NCBI GenBank assembly: GCA_039683575.1
Contig: JBDKRC010000181.1
Span: 1 to 46,202, forward strand
Source: Armatimonadia bacterium
GTDB taxonomy: Bacteria; Armatimonadota; Zipacnadia; Zipacnadales; UBA11051
Length of the DNA: 46,202 nt
Direction of reading: 5' to 3'
The translations under genes were made by a program, and so were the position numbers. Below are positions 36,725 to 46,202 of the stretch, one piece after another (the first letter of the stretch is position 1; every line of letters begins with the position of its first letter). The notes beneath the pieces were generated by a model that had not been told where the DNA came from, made no database searches, and was given only the letters and a program-made list of their open reading frames with translations.

Positions 36725-37744
36725 TTACTTGTCGAAGATGCCCGCGCCGCCTACGGGGCCGCAGCGCCGCCGCAGGAGGCGAACGGTCAAGAAGAGAACT
36801 GCCAGCGCCAGGAGGCCGAGGAGTAAGTAGCATAGCTGATTCTGAAGGCCTGGCAGGCTTGCGGCGGTGGTCTCCTGAGTTCCGAGGGCGGCGAGGGCGG
36901 CTGTATTGTAGGCCGCGACCGAGAGATATGTGTCGCGTTGCGGGTTGGTGTCCATGAAACGCACCCAGGCAACGCGGCCGCCGGAATCGCGCGCGATCTG
37001 CTGCGCGGCCTGCCCCTGGCGGGAGTCCTTCATGCTTATCGGGCAGACGAGGCCCCCGTATTGGCCGCTGCGGAGCCTGGCAATAGCGTCGCTGAGGCGC
37101 TGGCCGGTGACGTTGCCGGAGCCTTCCTGCATGAGCACCCCTGCGACAGGGACGTTCAGGTTGGCAATGGTGTCACATACGCCAGGGATCACCGCCAGCA
37201 GAGGCTTGAGGCTCGACTGGGCCGCGAGTCGCTGCGCCATGTCCTGCTGGGCACTCAGTTCCTGCTCAAAGAGGGCCAGGCGGGTCTGCACCACCTCGGC
37301 GGGCAGGCCCATCTGCACGAGCCGTGCGGCCACCGTTCGGGCGATGGCACGGGCGTTCTCAAAGCGCAGCCAGGGGCCGTGAGGGTTCTGCGGGTAGTCG
37401 GGGTAGTCATAGACCCGCGCGCCCTCCTTGACGTAGTCGGGCCAGTCGAGGGTCGGGGTGTCGCCAAGCGCCGAGTGTACAATGGCCTCGAATTCGTGGT
37501 ACCGGCTGTAGGCAAGCACCAGCAGGGAGGCTTTGCCCAGGGACCGCACCTGGTCGCCGGTGATCGTGAAAGCGTGCGGATCGGCGCCGGGGGGCATGAC
37601 GACCTGCATATCCACGAGATCGCCAGCGACAGAGCGCGTGAGCGCGGCCATGTCCGGGAAACTGGCGATAACCAGCGGTTTTGCTCCCGCTTGCCACGCC
37701 GCCAGAGCCGCCGTGAATATGATCAGCAGCCGCGAGATCTGCAT
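36725..37744 (-). CDS. ZnuA/TroA-family metal-binding protein with C-terminal TM helix
   Basis: PPGADPHAF and NPHGPWL His-ligand motifs; C-terminal hydrophobic helix followed by RRR. Confidence 0.82.
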   Translation of the reverse strand: MQISRLLIIFTAALAAWQAGAKPLVIASFPDMAALTRSVAGDLVDMQVVMPPGADPHAFTITGDQVRSLGKASLLVLAYSRYHEFEAIVHSALGDTPTLDWPDYVKEGARVYDYPDYPQNPHGPWLRFENARAIARTVAARLVQMGLPAEVVQTRLALFEQELSAQQDMAQRLAAQSSLKPLLAVIPGVCDTIANLNVPVAGVLMQEGSGNVTGQRLSDAIARLRSGQYGGLVCPISMKDSRQGQAAQQIARDSGGRVAWVRFMDTNPQRDTYLSVAAYNTAALAALGTQETTAASLPGLQNQLCYLLLGLLALAVLFLTVRLLRRRCGPVGGAGIFDK

Positions 37745-38775
37745 ACCTCAGCCACCAGCCTCTCCGCATTCTGGCCCATCACTTGCGCCACCTGCTGTGC
37801 CGACAGCCCCACCTGCTGTGCCGCCCACTTGAAGGCGCGCAGTTCCTCGTAGAGGTAGAAGGTATACTGCGCTTCCTCATCGGGAGACTTGCGGCGGTCC
37901 GGCGTGTTCCAGGTGTAGTTCTCGTCGCTGAAGTTGATATAGCTGTCGCCGTCGTACTCGCGCACGCCTCGCATCAGACAGATCGGCAGATCGCTGCCGT
38001 ACAGCAGGCGCTCGGCACCGACCTCCCTCAGGGCCAGTTCCAGCACCTGGGGATTGAGGTTCATGGCAAAGTCGTAGTACACGTGCGGCAGGTCCCGCAG
38101 GCCCGCCAGACCCGGTTCGGCGTAGCTCATCGTATAGGAGCGCCCGATGTGGGCGACGATCAGGCGCAGGTTGGGCCGCAGGGCGACGAGTTCGTGCAAT
38201 TCGGCCTGATTCCGCGGGTCGCGCAGGCGCTCCGGGCGTGGCAGGTGCAGGAGCACGATCAGACCGAGCGCGTCGGCCAGTTCCTGGTGAGCCGGCGGGA
38301 AGTAATCGCTCAGGGTCACGGTGTCGTCGCTGCGGCTGCCGACAAGGCCGGGATAGGGCTTGAAACCGAGGAAGCCGCCGCTCTTGACGAGGTCGTGAAC
38401 GTGCTCCGCCGGCCACTCGGGCCGGGTCACGAGCAGGCCGTCTACGGCGCCTGCTGCGATACCTGACGCTACATAGGCGTTGCCCGCCTCAATGTCAAAC
38501 CAGGTCGTCGGCATGGTGAAGACGAGACTGCGGGTGGCGCGGCGGGGGAAGAAGGCCTGCTGGACCTCAGCGAGTTGGTCGAGGCTGAGTTCGTGCGGGG
38601 CCTCGCTGGCCCAGGAATCGGCGATGGCCTCAGCGGGGACAGGGCGCGTGTGCTCTGGCAGGGCCACGTGGACATGGGCATCGTAGACGCGCTCGGGCAG
38701 AAAATCGGCAAACTCCTGCTCGAAGATGGGCAGGTCCACACGCTGGTAGCGGCTCGGGTCAATAAGGGTGGTCAC
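37723..38775 (-). CDS. Amidohydrolase family 2 protein
   Basis: YDAHVH, GFKPY, LLH, VAHIG, LLYGSDLP. Confidence 0.88.
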   Translation of the reverse strand: MTTLIDPSRYQRVDLPIFEQEFADFLPERVYDAHVHVALPEHTRPVPAEAIADSWASEAPHELSLDQLAEVQQAFFPRRATRSLVFTMPTTWFDIEAGNAYVASGIAAGAVDGLLVTRPEWPAEHVHDLVKSGGFLGFKPYPGLVGSRSDDTVTLSDYFPPAHQELADALGLIVLLHLPRPERLRDPRNQAELHELVALRPNLRLIVAHIGRSYTMSYAEPGLAGLRDLPHVYYDFAMNLNPQVLELALREVGAERLLYGSDLPICLMRGVREYDGDSYINFSDENYTWNTPDRRKSPDEEAQYTFYLYEELRAFKWAAQQVGLSAQQVAQVMGQNAERLVAEVCRSRGC

Positions 38776-39257
38776 TGGTCAAGCTCCAGGGCATAGGTGA
38801 CGGACTGGTGAATGGGCTTGAAACCGCACTTTTCGTAGACGTGCCGGGCGGGAGCATGCCCTTCGTCGAGGCCGGTGATGACGATGGCGAGGGGCATTCC
38901 GGCTTCGCGGAGCTTGTCGAGCGCCATCTGCACGAGAGTGGTGGCGATCCCACGGCCTCGGAACTCGGGGGCGACGCCGTTGTAGCCGACCTGCCCCTGC
39001 TGCCGGGCCTCGTTGAGGCTCCAGGTAACCCAGCCGGCGACCTGCCCATCCACTTCGGCGACGGTACAGCGGTCGAGACTGGCGCGCACAGAGTTGCCGA
39101 TATCCTGCGCGGTCCACTCGTCCCAGGACTTGTCGCCGCGCTGACCGTAGAGGTCCTCGAGGCGCTTGCTCATGCCCATGGTCCAGATGCGGCGGGCGAT
39201 GGCGATGATGGGCTCGAGGTCTTCGGGGCGGGCGGGACGGTAGGTGGGATCGGTCAT
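38772..39257 (-). CDS. GNAT family N-acetyltransferase (start ATG 39257)
   Basis: YRPARPED, VAPEFRGRGIAT, PARHVYEKCGF. Confidence 0.9.
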   Translation of the reverse strand: MTDPTYRPARPEDLEPIIAIARRIWTMGMSKRLEDLYGQRGDKSWDEWTAQDIGNSVRASLDRCTVAEVDGQVAGWVTWSLNEARQQGQVGYNGVAPEFRGRGIATTLVQMALDKLREAGMPLAIVITGLDEGHAPARHVYEKCGFKPIHQSVTYALELDQ

Positions 39258-39269
39258 GGCGCAATCTCC

Positions 39270-39337
39270 ACGTGGGTGGGTCGGTCCTCTACCCACGTTG
39301 TATTGAAGTGATGTGGGTTCGAGACGAACCCACCTAC
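39270..39337. repeat. Hairpin ACGTGGGT...ACCCACGT (39270-39298) plus one family C REP (39313-39337)
   Basis: GTGGGTTCGAGACGAACCCACCTAC. Confidence 0.8.
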
Positions 39338-39347
39338 GCGTACAGCA

Positions 39348-40136
39348 TCATTGCCGGCCATCGAGCTGCGCCTGAACAAGCTCCAGCAGCGGCGGCAGGA
39401 CCTCGGCGGCGGTGCCGCGCAGGCTGTGGTGGGCGCTGGAGGTGAGCGTGGTGCGCTCCGGGTTGACCTCGACCACCAGCGCGCCGTGATCCAAGGCCAC
39501 GAAGGGCAGTGAAGCGGCGGGCTGGACGTTCATGGAGGTGCCGACTACCAGCATCGCATCGCACGTTTCCGCAAGGGTGAAGGCTTGCTCAAGGTCTTCC
39601 TCCGGCAGGGGCTCGCCGAAGAGCACGATGTCCGGGCGCAGGTACTTGCCGCACGAGCAGACCGGCGGACAGTCGGGTGCCGGGACCGGGTAATCGTCGT
39701 CGGCAAAACCACAGGAGGGGCAGACGACCCGGAGAATGTCGCCATGCAGATGTATGACGCCGGTGCTGCCGGCGTTCTCGTGCAGGCGGTCGATGTTCTG
39801 GGTAATGATGTGCAGCTCCGCCCCGGAGAGGGCCCCCCGGAAGCGAGCGAGGGCGAAGTGGCCGTCGTTGGGCGCCGCGGCGGCTATGAGTTGCCGCAAG
39901 TGGTCGTTGAACTCCCAGAAGAGCTTGGGAGCCTGGCGAAACGCCTCGGGCGTGGCAACGTCCTCGGCGCGGTATTGGCGCCAGACGCCCTCCGCGCCCC
40001 TGAAGGTCGGGATGCCGCTTTCGCGGGACATACCGGCGCCGGTAGAAACTACCATGAGGCTATCGGAACTGAGACGGTCGGCCAGCGCCCGGGCGGCGGC
40101 CTGGAGATCATCGTGAAGCAAGGTAATCACAACCAC
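39348..40136 (-). CDS. cobB: NAD-dependent protein deacylase, Sir2/CobB family
   Basis: STGAGMSRESGIPTFRG, ITQNIDRLHE, LHG, CxxC/CxC Zn site, LRPDIVLFGE, VVGTS..VQPAA. Confidence 0.93.
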   Translation of the reverse strand: MVVITLLHDDLQAAARALADRLSSDSLMVVSTGAGMSRESGIPTFRGAEGVWRQYRAEDVATPEAFRQAPKLFWEFNDHLRQLIAAAAPNDGHFALARFRGALSGAELHIITQNIDRLHENAGSTGVIHLHGDILRVVCPSCGFADDDYPVPAPDCPPVCSCGKYLRPDIVLFGEPLPEEDLEQAFTLAETCDAMLVVGTSMNVQPAASLPFVALDHGALVVEVNPERTTLTSSAHHSLRGTAAEVLPPLLELVQAQLDGRQ

Positions 40137-40163
40137 TGCAAAAGACTTGTCCCCCGCTGAAGG

Positions 40164-40739
40164 CTAGATGATGCGGGCCCAGGAGGCGAACTGGCGCCGG
40201 CCCAGGCGGACAATCATGACCGCCGCGGCGGACTTGAGGGCATCGCCGGCGAGGAAGGGGGCCATGCCGAGCAGAAAGGCGTGCCGCAGGTTCTGGTCGG
40301 TGTAGGCCGAGAGCCAGAGCGAGCCGCACAGCAGGATCGTGAGGCTGGCGAGGCCCGCGCCGAGGGCGAGGGCGGTCAGGGTGCCGCGGCGGGCGAAGTA
40401 GCCCATCATTACGGCCGCAAGCACAAAGCCGAGCACGTAGCCACCGCTTGGCCCAATGAGCGAGGTCAGCGTGAGCACGGGCAGGCCCAGCAGGCTCAGG
40501 AGCAAATAGCCCATGGTGGCAATGAGACCGACCCTGGGGCCAAGGAAGGCGCCAGCCAGCAGCACGGCGAGGGTCTGCAGGGTGATCGGCACCGGCGTGA
40601 AGGGCAGCGGAATGCGTATTTTGGCCGTGATGATCATCGCGGCGCAGAAGGCAACGGCGAGGCCGATTTCCAGCGCGAGCTGCAGCGCCAGGGGGCGCTC
40701 CTCAATTTCCGTGCGAGGGGTCGTGACGCGATCTTGCAT
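40164..40739 (-). CDS. bioY: Biotin transporter BioY (start may be 40760)
   Basis: PLPFTPVPITLQT, GLPV, GPSGGYVLGF, PFLAGDALK. Confidence 0.94.
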   Translation of the reverse strand: MQDRVTTPRTEIEERPLALQLALEIGLAVAFCAAMIITAKIRIPLPFTPVPITLQTLAVLLAGAFLGPRVGLIATMGYLLLSLLGLPVLTLTSLIGPSGGYVLGFVLAAVMMGYFARRGTLTALALGAGLASLTILLCGSLWLSAYTDQNLRHAFLLGMAPFLAGDALKSAAAVMIVRLGRRQFASWARII

Positions 40740-40765
40740 GGGAACGTTGCCTTTCTTCATCTGAG

Positions 40766-40790
40766 GCGGGCAGGGAGGCCCGCACTCCCA
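40766..40790. repeat. Degenerate family B REP
   Basis: GCGGGCAGGGAGGCCCGCACTCCCA. Confidence 0.55.
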
Positions 40791-40835
40791 GGAACTGCGG
40801 AGGATGTCTGCAAAGTAAGCGGGAACCCTCTGCGC

Positions 40836-41768
40836 ATGGATACGATAGCGGAAAGTCTGATCTTCGAGAGACTACCCGGACGGCCCTCCAGCCACTGCGC
40901 GACGCTGACTGAGGCTCTGGATGGCTCGGTGCTGGCTGTCTGGTACGCTGGTTCGCGTGAGGGCGCACCGGATGTGGCGCTCGTAGCGGCGCAATATGAA
41001 CAGGGCCGCTGGTCGCCACCACGGGTGGTGCTGGACACGCCGGGCTTGCCTGACGGCAATCCCATGCTCTGGACCGGCCCGGACGGCACTATCTGGCTCT
41101 TCCACGTCGTCATCCACGGGCGCGGATGGGACAGCGTGCTGCCGTACTACCGGAAATCGCAGGATGGCGGGCTAACCTGGACCGACTGCGGGCTGTTCGA
41201 GCGCCGCGAGGGACTTATGTTCCGGTGCCGGCCGGTCACGCTGCGCTCCGGGCGGATCGTGCTGCCCGTCTATGACGAGAAGACCTGGAGCGGCGTGTGC
41301 TACCTGTCAGATGACCAGGGGCAGTCGTGGCGACCTTCAGCACCTATGGTTGCTCCGACAGGCTGCATTCAGCCCGCGGTGGTTGAACTCGATGACGGTA
41401 GCCTGCTGGCGTATCTGCGCACCGGCGGTGACGGCGGTTGTGTCTGGCGGTCAGTGTCAGCCGATGGCGGCGAGACGTGGTCGGCCTGTGAGGATACCGG
41501 CTTGCCGAACCCCAACGCGGGAATTGACCTGATCCGTTGCGCCAGCGGGCGGCTCGTGCTGGCCTTCAACCCGCAACAGCGAGGGCGAGACCGGCTGGCG
41601 GTGGGTCGCTCAGACGACGAGGGAGCCACCTGGCAGCAGGAAGTGGTTGAAGAGGCCACTGGGGCCGAGTTCTCCTACCCGGCGTTGCTGCAGAGCCGCG
41701 ATGGTTTGGTGCATCTACTATACACGTACCGGCGCGAAAGTATCAAGCACCTGGTGTTGCGGGTGTAG
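40836..41768 (+). CDS. Sialidase-like BNR/Asp-box beta-propeller protein (start ATG 40836)
   Basis: SSHCATL, Asp boxes SQDGGLTW, SDDQGQSW, SADGGETW, SDDEGATW; PNPNAG; EFSYP. Confidence 0.88.
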   Translation: MDTIAESLIFERLPGRPSSHCATLTEALDGSVLAVWYAGSREGAPDVALVAAQYEQGRWSPPRVVLDTPGLPDGNPMLWTGPDGTIWLFHVVIHGRGWDSVLPYYRKSQDGGLTWTDCGLFERREGLMFRCRPVTLRSGRIVLPVYDEKTWSGVCYLSDDQGQSWRPSAPMVAPTGCIQPAVVELDDGSLLAYLRTGGDGGCVWRSVSADGGETWSACEDTGLPNPNAGIDLIRCASGRLVLAFNPQQRGRDRLAVGRSDDEGATWQQEVVEEATGAEFSYPALLQSRDGLVHLLYTYRRESIKHLVLRV

Positions 41769-41785
41769 CGGCAGCGGCGCCCGGC

Positions 41786-42994
41786 CTACGATGATGAAAG
41801 CCCGCCGAAATGCCTGGCGAGGTCCTCTGCGGCGCTCTTGCCCACCTGCGTGAGCGTGGCACGCGCTGATTGCTCGCCGCTTGCTTTCAGGCTAACCCGA
41901 GCGGTTTGCTCGGATTGACGAACCAGGACTTCCCTCGCTGTTTCCCACTCACCTACCCACTCGGGCTGCGGTCGCTTGTGCCAATAGCCGAACAGCGTAC
42001 CGTCCACGTAGTCGCGCGGGGTGGCCTCGGCGCCCAGGTATAGCGGCGCGTAGAGGGTCTCGTCTGCCTTGCCAAGCGCGGCCCAGGCGCAGGTGAAGGT
42101 CTCGGGATGGTCCGGATCAATGACGACTGTGAGCGATGAGCAGTTGCTGGCCGCACAGACGCCGGGGAGGCGGGAGGCGGCGTTTAGGTCGGCCAGGGCA
42201 AGTGGTTTGCTGGCGAGGAAGTCACGCAGGCCCTCGCGTTCGGCGGTCTGGACGTGGCCGCTGCGGGTGTCGGCGACGATCGCCAGCTTCTTGTGGGCGT
42301 TGAAGACCACCATGGCACGGCCCGTGGCGTCGGCGAAGGTCCAGTTGGTGGCCCAGCTTCCCCCGGCATACCACCCACGCCCGGTCATAGTGCGCAGGAT
42401 CTCCACTGCTTCCTCGCAGGTTGTCGCCGTCTCGGCGATATGGCGCAGGCCGTAGGGGTTCATCAGGCCGTGGTAGTACGGGTCTGGCTCGGGCTGGGCC
42501 ACGTCGGCGGATCCCGCCAACCCGGCGGCGTTGACCATCATCATGCAGCCGGTATCGCTGGTGTCCCCGACAGAGAGATAGGGGAGAAGGCCATTGGTGT
42601 GCTTGCGGTAGAAGGTCTGGGGACGGGCGGGATTGTCGCGGTTCTTGTGGAAAAGCGGGCGACCGTCGGCGCTGGCGCTGCCCACGGCGGCGTAGGAGGT
42701 GCAGTCTTCGGCGAACAGTAGCTTACGGTACTTGCCGACGAGGCATGCCTGGTATAGATCGTGTGGCACTCCGGCGGCGGAGGCGATGGCGAGGGACTCT
42801 TCCTGCCAGTGGGGCGCGAGCAGTTCGATGATCCGCGCCTGTGGCTGTGAGCGCTCGACGAGGACGATTTCGGTGAGACCGTGCTCATCGCGCGCGATGC
42901 GGAGGAACTCCTGGAGGTGGGCCAGGATGTCGCTGCGGTTGATCTCGCCCCAGAGACGGCCGATCTCGGTGGGGCTTCCGGTCAGGTTGACCAT
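41786..42994 (-). CDS. C45-family (AAT/penicillin acyltransferase-like) Ntn-hydrolase
   Basis: GSPTEIGRLWG N-terminal pattern, autoprocessing site ED-CTSYA, HKNRD, VNAAGL. Confidence 0.78.
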   Translation of the reverse strand: MVNLTGSPTEIGRLWGEINRSDILAHLQEFLRIARDEHGLTEIVLVERSQPQARIIELLAPHWQEESLAIASAAGVPHDLYQACLVGKYRKLLFAEDCTSYAAVGSASADGRPLFHKNRDNPARPQTFYRKHTNGLLPYLSVGDTSDTGCMMMVNAAGLAGSADVAQPEPDPYYHGLMNPYGLRHIAETATTCEEAVEILRTMTGRGWYAGGSWATNWTFADATGRAMVVFNAHKKLAIVADTRSGHVQTAEREGLRDFLASKPLALADLNAASRLPGVCAASNCSSLTVVIDPDHPETFTCAWAALGKADETLYAPLYLGAEATPRDYVDGTLFGYWHKRPQPEWVGEWETAREVLVRQSEQTARVSLKASGEQSARATLTQVGKSAAEDLARHFGGLSSS

Positions 42995-43014
42995 GACAAT
43001 GGTACTCCCAAAGA

Positions 43015-43047
43015 ATGAAGCGCGAGCCCACGGGACTCACGCTTCAT
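43015..43047 (-). terminator. Possible terminator hairpin after the prepilin-like gene
   Basis: ATGAAGCGTGAG...CTCGCGCTTCAT followed by TCTTT on the minus strand. Confidence 0.5.
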
Positions 43048-43056
43048 AGTTCGCCT

Positions 43057-43079
43057 CGGGAGGCTCGGGGCCTCCCTAC
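43057..43079 (-). repeat. GTAG-type REP (GTAGGGAGGCCCCGAGCCTCCCG) overlapping the stop codon of the upstream gene
   Basis: 7-bp stem GGGAGGC/GCCTCCC; the TAG at 43076-43078 is part of the GTAG. Confidence 0.65.
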
Positions 43080-43729
43080 AGCGTGTCAAACCACGTGTTC
43101 GCGCCGCCGGCATAGAGGGTCTCATACTTCATGGCCTTGGCGTGGCCATCCACGAAGTTGGCATTGCCCATCTCGTTGTGGCGGGCACAGAAATTCATCT
43201 GCGTCCAGGCCAGAGTCGGGGCGGGTCCCCAGATGGCGTATTCGCTGCCGTCAACTTTGTCCTGACGGCGGCCATAGCTTGACTGGAACAGCCCCCACGC
43301 GCCCCAGTTGGTGTTAACGGTGCCATCGGCCATCATGACTGTCTCAGCAGGCGTGGCGATGCTTCCGAGGGCGACGGTCCACAGCATGTTGTTGAACGGG
43401 TAACACCTGCAGCCGTTGTAGGCGATGGAAGACTTGACGCTCGCGCTCGGGCAGTCGAAAACCTGGGAACTCTTCACATACGGCTGCAGGAACTGGATGA
43501 AGCTGTAGCGCGGGTTAGTTACGCAGTACGACTGCGGAAGGCGCTCGTCGTAGTCCTGGGCGTAGCTCAGACAGGCCAGGGACAACTGCTTGAGGTTGGA
43601 CAGGCAGCTTGACTGGCGTGCTTTCTCACGGGCCTTGGCAAAGACGGGGAAGAGGATGGCGGCTAGAATGGCAATGATCGCAATGACAACAAGCAACTCA
43701 ATTAGCGTAAAACCGCGTTTGCTGATCAC
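43076..43729 (-). CDS. Prepilin-type N-methylation / H-X9-DG (DUF1559-like) protein; start GTG 43729
   Basis: [67 protein letters not shown]. Confidence 0.92.
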   Translation of the reverse strand: MISKRGFTLIELLVVIAIIAILAAILFPVFAKAREKARQSSCLSNLKQLSLACLSYAQDYDERLPQSYCVTNPRYSFIQFLQPYVKSSQVFDCPSASVKSSIAYNGCRCYPFNNMLWTVALGSIATPAETVMMADGTVNTNWGAWGLFQSSYGRRQDKVDGSEYAIWGPAPTLAWTQMNFCARHNEMGNANFVDGHAKAMKYETLYAGGANTWFDTL

Positions 43730-43830
43730 TTTAGGGCATCTCCTTGCCTGGTATTCTGGCTGCCACAAGGCAGCGACTACGGTAACACAGTGGGCACTAC
43801 TATCCCACAATAATGACGCATCTGGAGCGG

Positions 43831-44595
43831 CTATTGTTGACGCCAGCGGGCCTGGCTCTCCGCAGACAGGAGGTACAGCGGGTTCTCTGTCATCAACCGC
43901 ATTCCCACAGCATAGACATCCCCTGCGCGGAACAGGCGCTGGTCACTGTTGCCGATCGTGCAGCGGCGCACGAGACCACGGCTCTCAAGCTCGCCTCCGA
44001 AGGTCAGGAAGTCGTTACTCACTTCAGGGAGGCGGGTGTATTCCCACGCCGAGCCGTTGTCATCGCGCACGCCGTCGATGATTGTGACCGCCTTGCGCTC
44101 CTCAAGGAAGCGATACGGGACCTGGGCCTCGGCTTCGAGCAGATGAAATAGCGTGCAGTTGCTGTAGTGCACGCCCATGAGCAGGATCCAGGCGTTCTCG
44201 TCCACCAAGGTCTTGAACGGGCTGTCGGGGCCGAAGCCGGTCCTGTAGGGGCGGAGGCAGATCAATTCCGCCTTTGCGCCAATCGCAGCGAGGGGATGGG
44301 CGGCGTGGCTGCTGCGCAGAGCCCCAGGCCAGGTGCGGATGGTTTCAGATATCTTACCCATCAGCGAGGGGGTGTATTCGCGATCCCACACCGAATCCTC
44401 AGAAAGATACTGGGAGAACGTGGGCGCCACCAGTGTGCCGGCCTCCGTTAGCACTTCCAGCAGTGCCGCAACCACCGTCGGAGCACCGCCTTCAACGTGG
44501 CCGAAGGAGGAGAGGCTGGAATGTACCATCACCATGTCCCCGGCGCTGAGGCCGAGGTCGGTGAGTGCGGTTACGAGGGTGGATTGAGCGACCAT
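43831..44595 (-). CDS. Aminoglycoside N3-acetyltransferase family (Antibiotic_NAT/YokD-like); start ATG 44595
   Basis: [47 protein letters not shown]. Confidence 0.88.
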   Translation of the reverse strand: MVAQSTLVTALTDLGLSAGDMVMVHSSLSSFGHVEGGAPTVVAALLEVLTEAGTLVAPTFSQYLSEDSVWDREYTPSLMGKISETIRTWPGALRSSHAAHPLAAIGAKAELICLRPYRTGFGPDSPFKTLVDENAWILLMGVHYSNCTLFHLLEAEAQVPYRFLEERKAVTIIDGVRDDNGSAWEYTRLPEVSNDFLTFGGELESRGLVRRCTIGNSDQRLFRAGDVYAVGMRLMTENPLYLLSAESQARWRQQ

Positions 44596-44710
44596 GTGGC
44601 TCCAAGTCCTAAGGAAACTGTGCCGGTCGAAAGCGGCAGGTGAGCCGCATGATGCCGGCTCGCCTGCTCTGTCACACTGTAGGACGTCCGCGAGTTGCGC
44701 GGGATTCCCG

Positions 44711-45385
44711 CTAGTTGGTGTCAAACCAGGTATTCGCGCCACCGGCGAAGAGGGTCTCGTACTTCATGGCCTTGGCGTGGCCATCCACGAAGTTCACATT
44801 ACCCATGTCGTTGTGCCGCTCGGCGAAGTTGAAGTAAACATAGTTCTGGGTGTTGGGGGTCGTATTGCTGTTCCAGCCGGCGGGGAAGTCGCTGCCATCC
44901 AGCTTGTCCGGGCGGCGTCCCCGTGAGGGGGAGTAGAAGTCCCAGCCGCCCATGTACCTGTTGACAGTGGCGTCGCCCATCATGACGGTCTCGGATGGTG
45001 TCTGAATCGTGCCCAACGAGACGCCCATGATCAGCGAGTTGAGCGGGTACGACAGGCAGCCATTGTAGCCAACGTAGGACTTGGCGCTAGAACTCGGACA
45101 GTCGAAGACCTGCGAGTTCTTAACGTAGGGGTTAAGCTGCTGAATCATGCTATAGTAGGTGATACCGGGGCCCTGCCAGTCGGGGATGCGGCCTTTGACG
45201 ATGCGCTCGTCAAAGTCCTGGGCGTACGACAGACAGGCGATTGCCAACTGCTTGCAGTTGGACAGGCAGGAAGCCTGACGGGCTTTCTCCCGCGCCTTCG
45301 CGAAGACCGGGAACAGGATCGCCGCCAGGATGGCGATGATCGCAATAACGACAAGCAGTTCGATCAACGTGAAGCCACGGCGCAT
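44711..45385 (-). CDS. Second prepilin-type N-methylation / H-X9-DG (DUF1559-like) protein; start ATG 45385
   Basis: [69 protein letters not shown]. Confidence 0.92.
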   Translation of the reverse strand: MRRGFTLIELLVVIAIIAILAAILFPVFAKAREKARQASCLSNCKQLAIACLSYAQDFDERIVKGRIPDWQGPGITYYSMIQQLNPYVKNSQVFDCPSSSAKSYVGYNGCLSYPLNSLIMGVSLGTIQTPSETVMMGDATVNRYMGGWDFYSPSRGRRPDKLDGSDFPAGWNSNTTPNTQNYVYFNFAERHNDMGNVNFVDGHAKAMKYETLFAGGANTWFDTN

Positions 45386-45440
45386 GGTGTTAATCACCTC
45401 TCCAAATCATGGATAGCCACTCACAAGAGTTCCACGGTTG

Positions 45441-46202
45441 TTAACAATATCCCTGCTCACGTTCCACTTCCGCAATGCTCTCCTCGATGATGTCCATGCC
45501 CTTGAGAGCCACTTCGTCCTGCATGATGATGGGCGGGGAGAGACGCAGGACGTTGCCTGCGGGGACCCACGACACGCCCTTGGCGAAGGACTTGCGGTAG
45601 ACTTCGGCACCCTCTTCTGTTGCCTCTGCCTTTGTCGTGCGGTCCTTGACCAACTCAATCGCCAGCAGGCAGCCCTTGCCGCGCACGTCGCCGATCAGCG
45701 GGTGGTTGGCCTTCATCTGCTGCATGCGGGCCATCAGGATGTCGCCGAGGTGTGCGGAGCGCTCGACGAGGTTTTCGTCCTCGATGACCTCAATGCTGGC
45801 CAGAGCCGCCGCGCACGCCATGGGGTTGCCGCCATAGGACGTGCTGGCGCTGATCCTCTCAACCTGGTCCTTGTACTTGTCCGACACGCACATGGCGGTT
45901 ACGGGGAAGCCGTTGCCGAGGCCTTTGCCGAGGGTCATCACGTCGGGGACGACGTTCCAGTGGTCCACGCAGAACATCTTGCCTGTGCGGGCCATGCAGG
46001 TTAAGACTTCGTCCGCGAACAGAAGGATCCCGCGATCGGTACAAAATTGACGGAGTCCCTGCATGAAACCCTCAGGCGGGACGGTGCTGCCGGCCCACCC
46101 CTGGATGGGTTCGAGCACGATGGCGGCCACGCGCCCGGCGGTTTCTTCCTTGATGACGGTATCAATGTGCTTGAGACAGTGCATCTGACAGGTCTCAGGT
46201 GA
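45441..46202 (-). CDS. Class III PLP aminotransferase (GabT/ArgD-like); 5' end outside the window
   Basis: AIVLEPIQG, FADEV...RTG, PDVMTLGKGLGNGFP (PLP lysine), TSYGGNP, GDVRGKG, LRLSPP. Confidence 0.92.
   Translation of the reverse strand, partial: SPETCQMHCLKHIDTVIKEETAGRVAAIVLEPIQGWAGSTVPPEGFMQGLRQFCTDRGILLFADEVLTCMARTGKMFCVDHWNVVPDVMTLGKGLGNGFPVTAMCVSDKYKDQVERISASTSYGGNPMACAAALASIEVIEDENLVERSAHLGDILMARMQQMKANHPLIGDVRGKGCLLAIELVKDRTTKAEATEEGAEVYRKSFAKGVSWVPAGNVLRLSPPIIMQDEVALKGMDIIEESIAEVEREQGYC

Noticed and set aside
36725-36790. CGP-CTERM archaeal sorting signal
   Set aside because: CGP follows the TM helix and basic cluster instead of preceding it.
39348-40136. Sir2-domain anti-phage defence protein
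   Set aside because: It has the full housekeeping CobB motif set with the Zn site, normal length and no defence partners.
40281-40835. N-terminal 185 aa of the 495-aa BNR ORF
   Set aside because: It overlaps bioY antisense; propeller-like sequence begins at Met 40836.
43831-44595. Bona fide aminoglycoside resistance gene aac(3)
   Set aside because: Only family-level motifs are visible, the family includes non-resistance enzymes, and there is no mobile context.
43076-45385. Paralogous C-termini as a DGR template/variable repeat pair
   Set aside because: Both are intact genes, differences in the conserved tail are largely synonymous and not adenine-specific, and no reverse transcriptase is present.

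Overview
GC-rich bacterial chromosomal window with about 41 genes and no tRNA, rRNA, CRISPR array or transposase seen. The host is probably a diderm Terrabacteria lineage such as Armatimonadota. This is inferred from two prepilin/H-X9-DG (DUF1559-type) proteins, a URO-D-like protein, and the lptC-lptA-lptB-single lptF/G-DUF3084-yqgF-like gene order. Core genes are ruvCAB, clpC, ilvE, holA, cobB, bioY and lptB. Also present are an orphan CcrM/M.HinfI-like DNA methyltransferase, a CDP-sugar/GT2/two GT-C glycosylation block directly upstream of the Lpt genes, and several secreted carbohydrate/Ig-domain proteins. The most striking layer is non-genic. At least 7 families of REP/REPIN-like palindromes (mostly GTAG/GTGG-tailed) occupy most intergenic gaps, and REP copies sit in-frame inside three protein-coding genes. 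A 20-nt mini-hairpin with compensatory stem changes is nested four times, always at CCC^GC, inside REPs of two different families.
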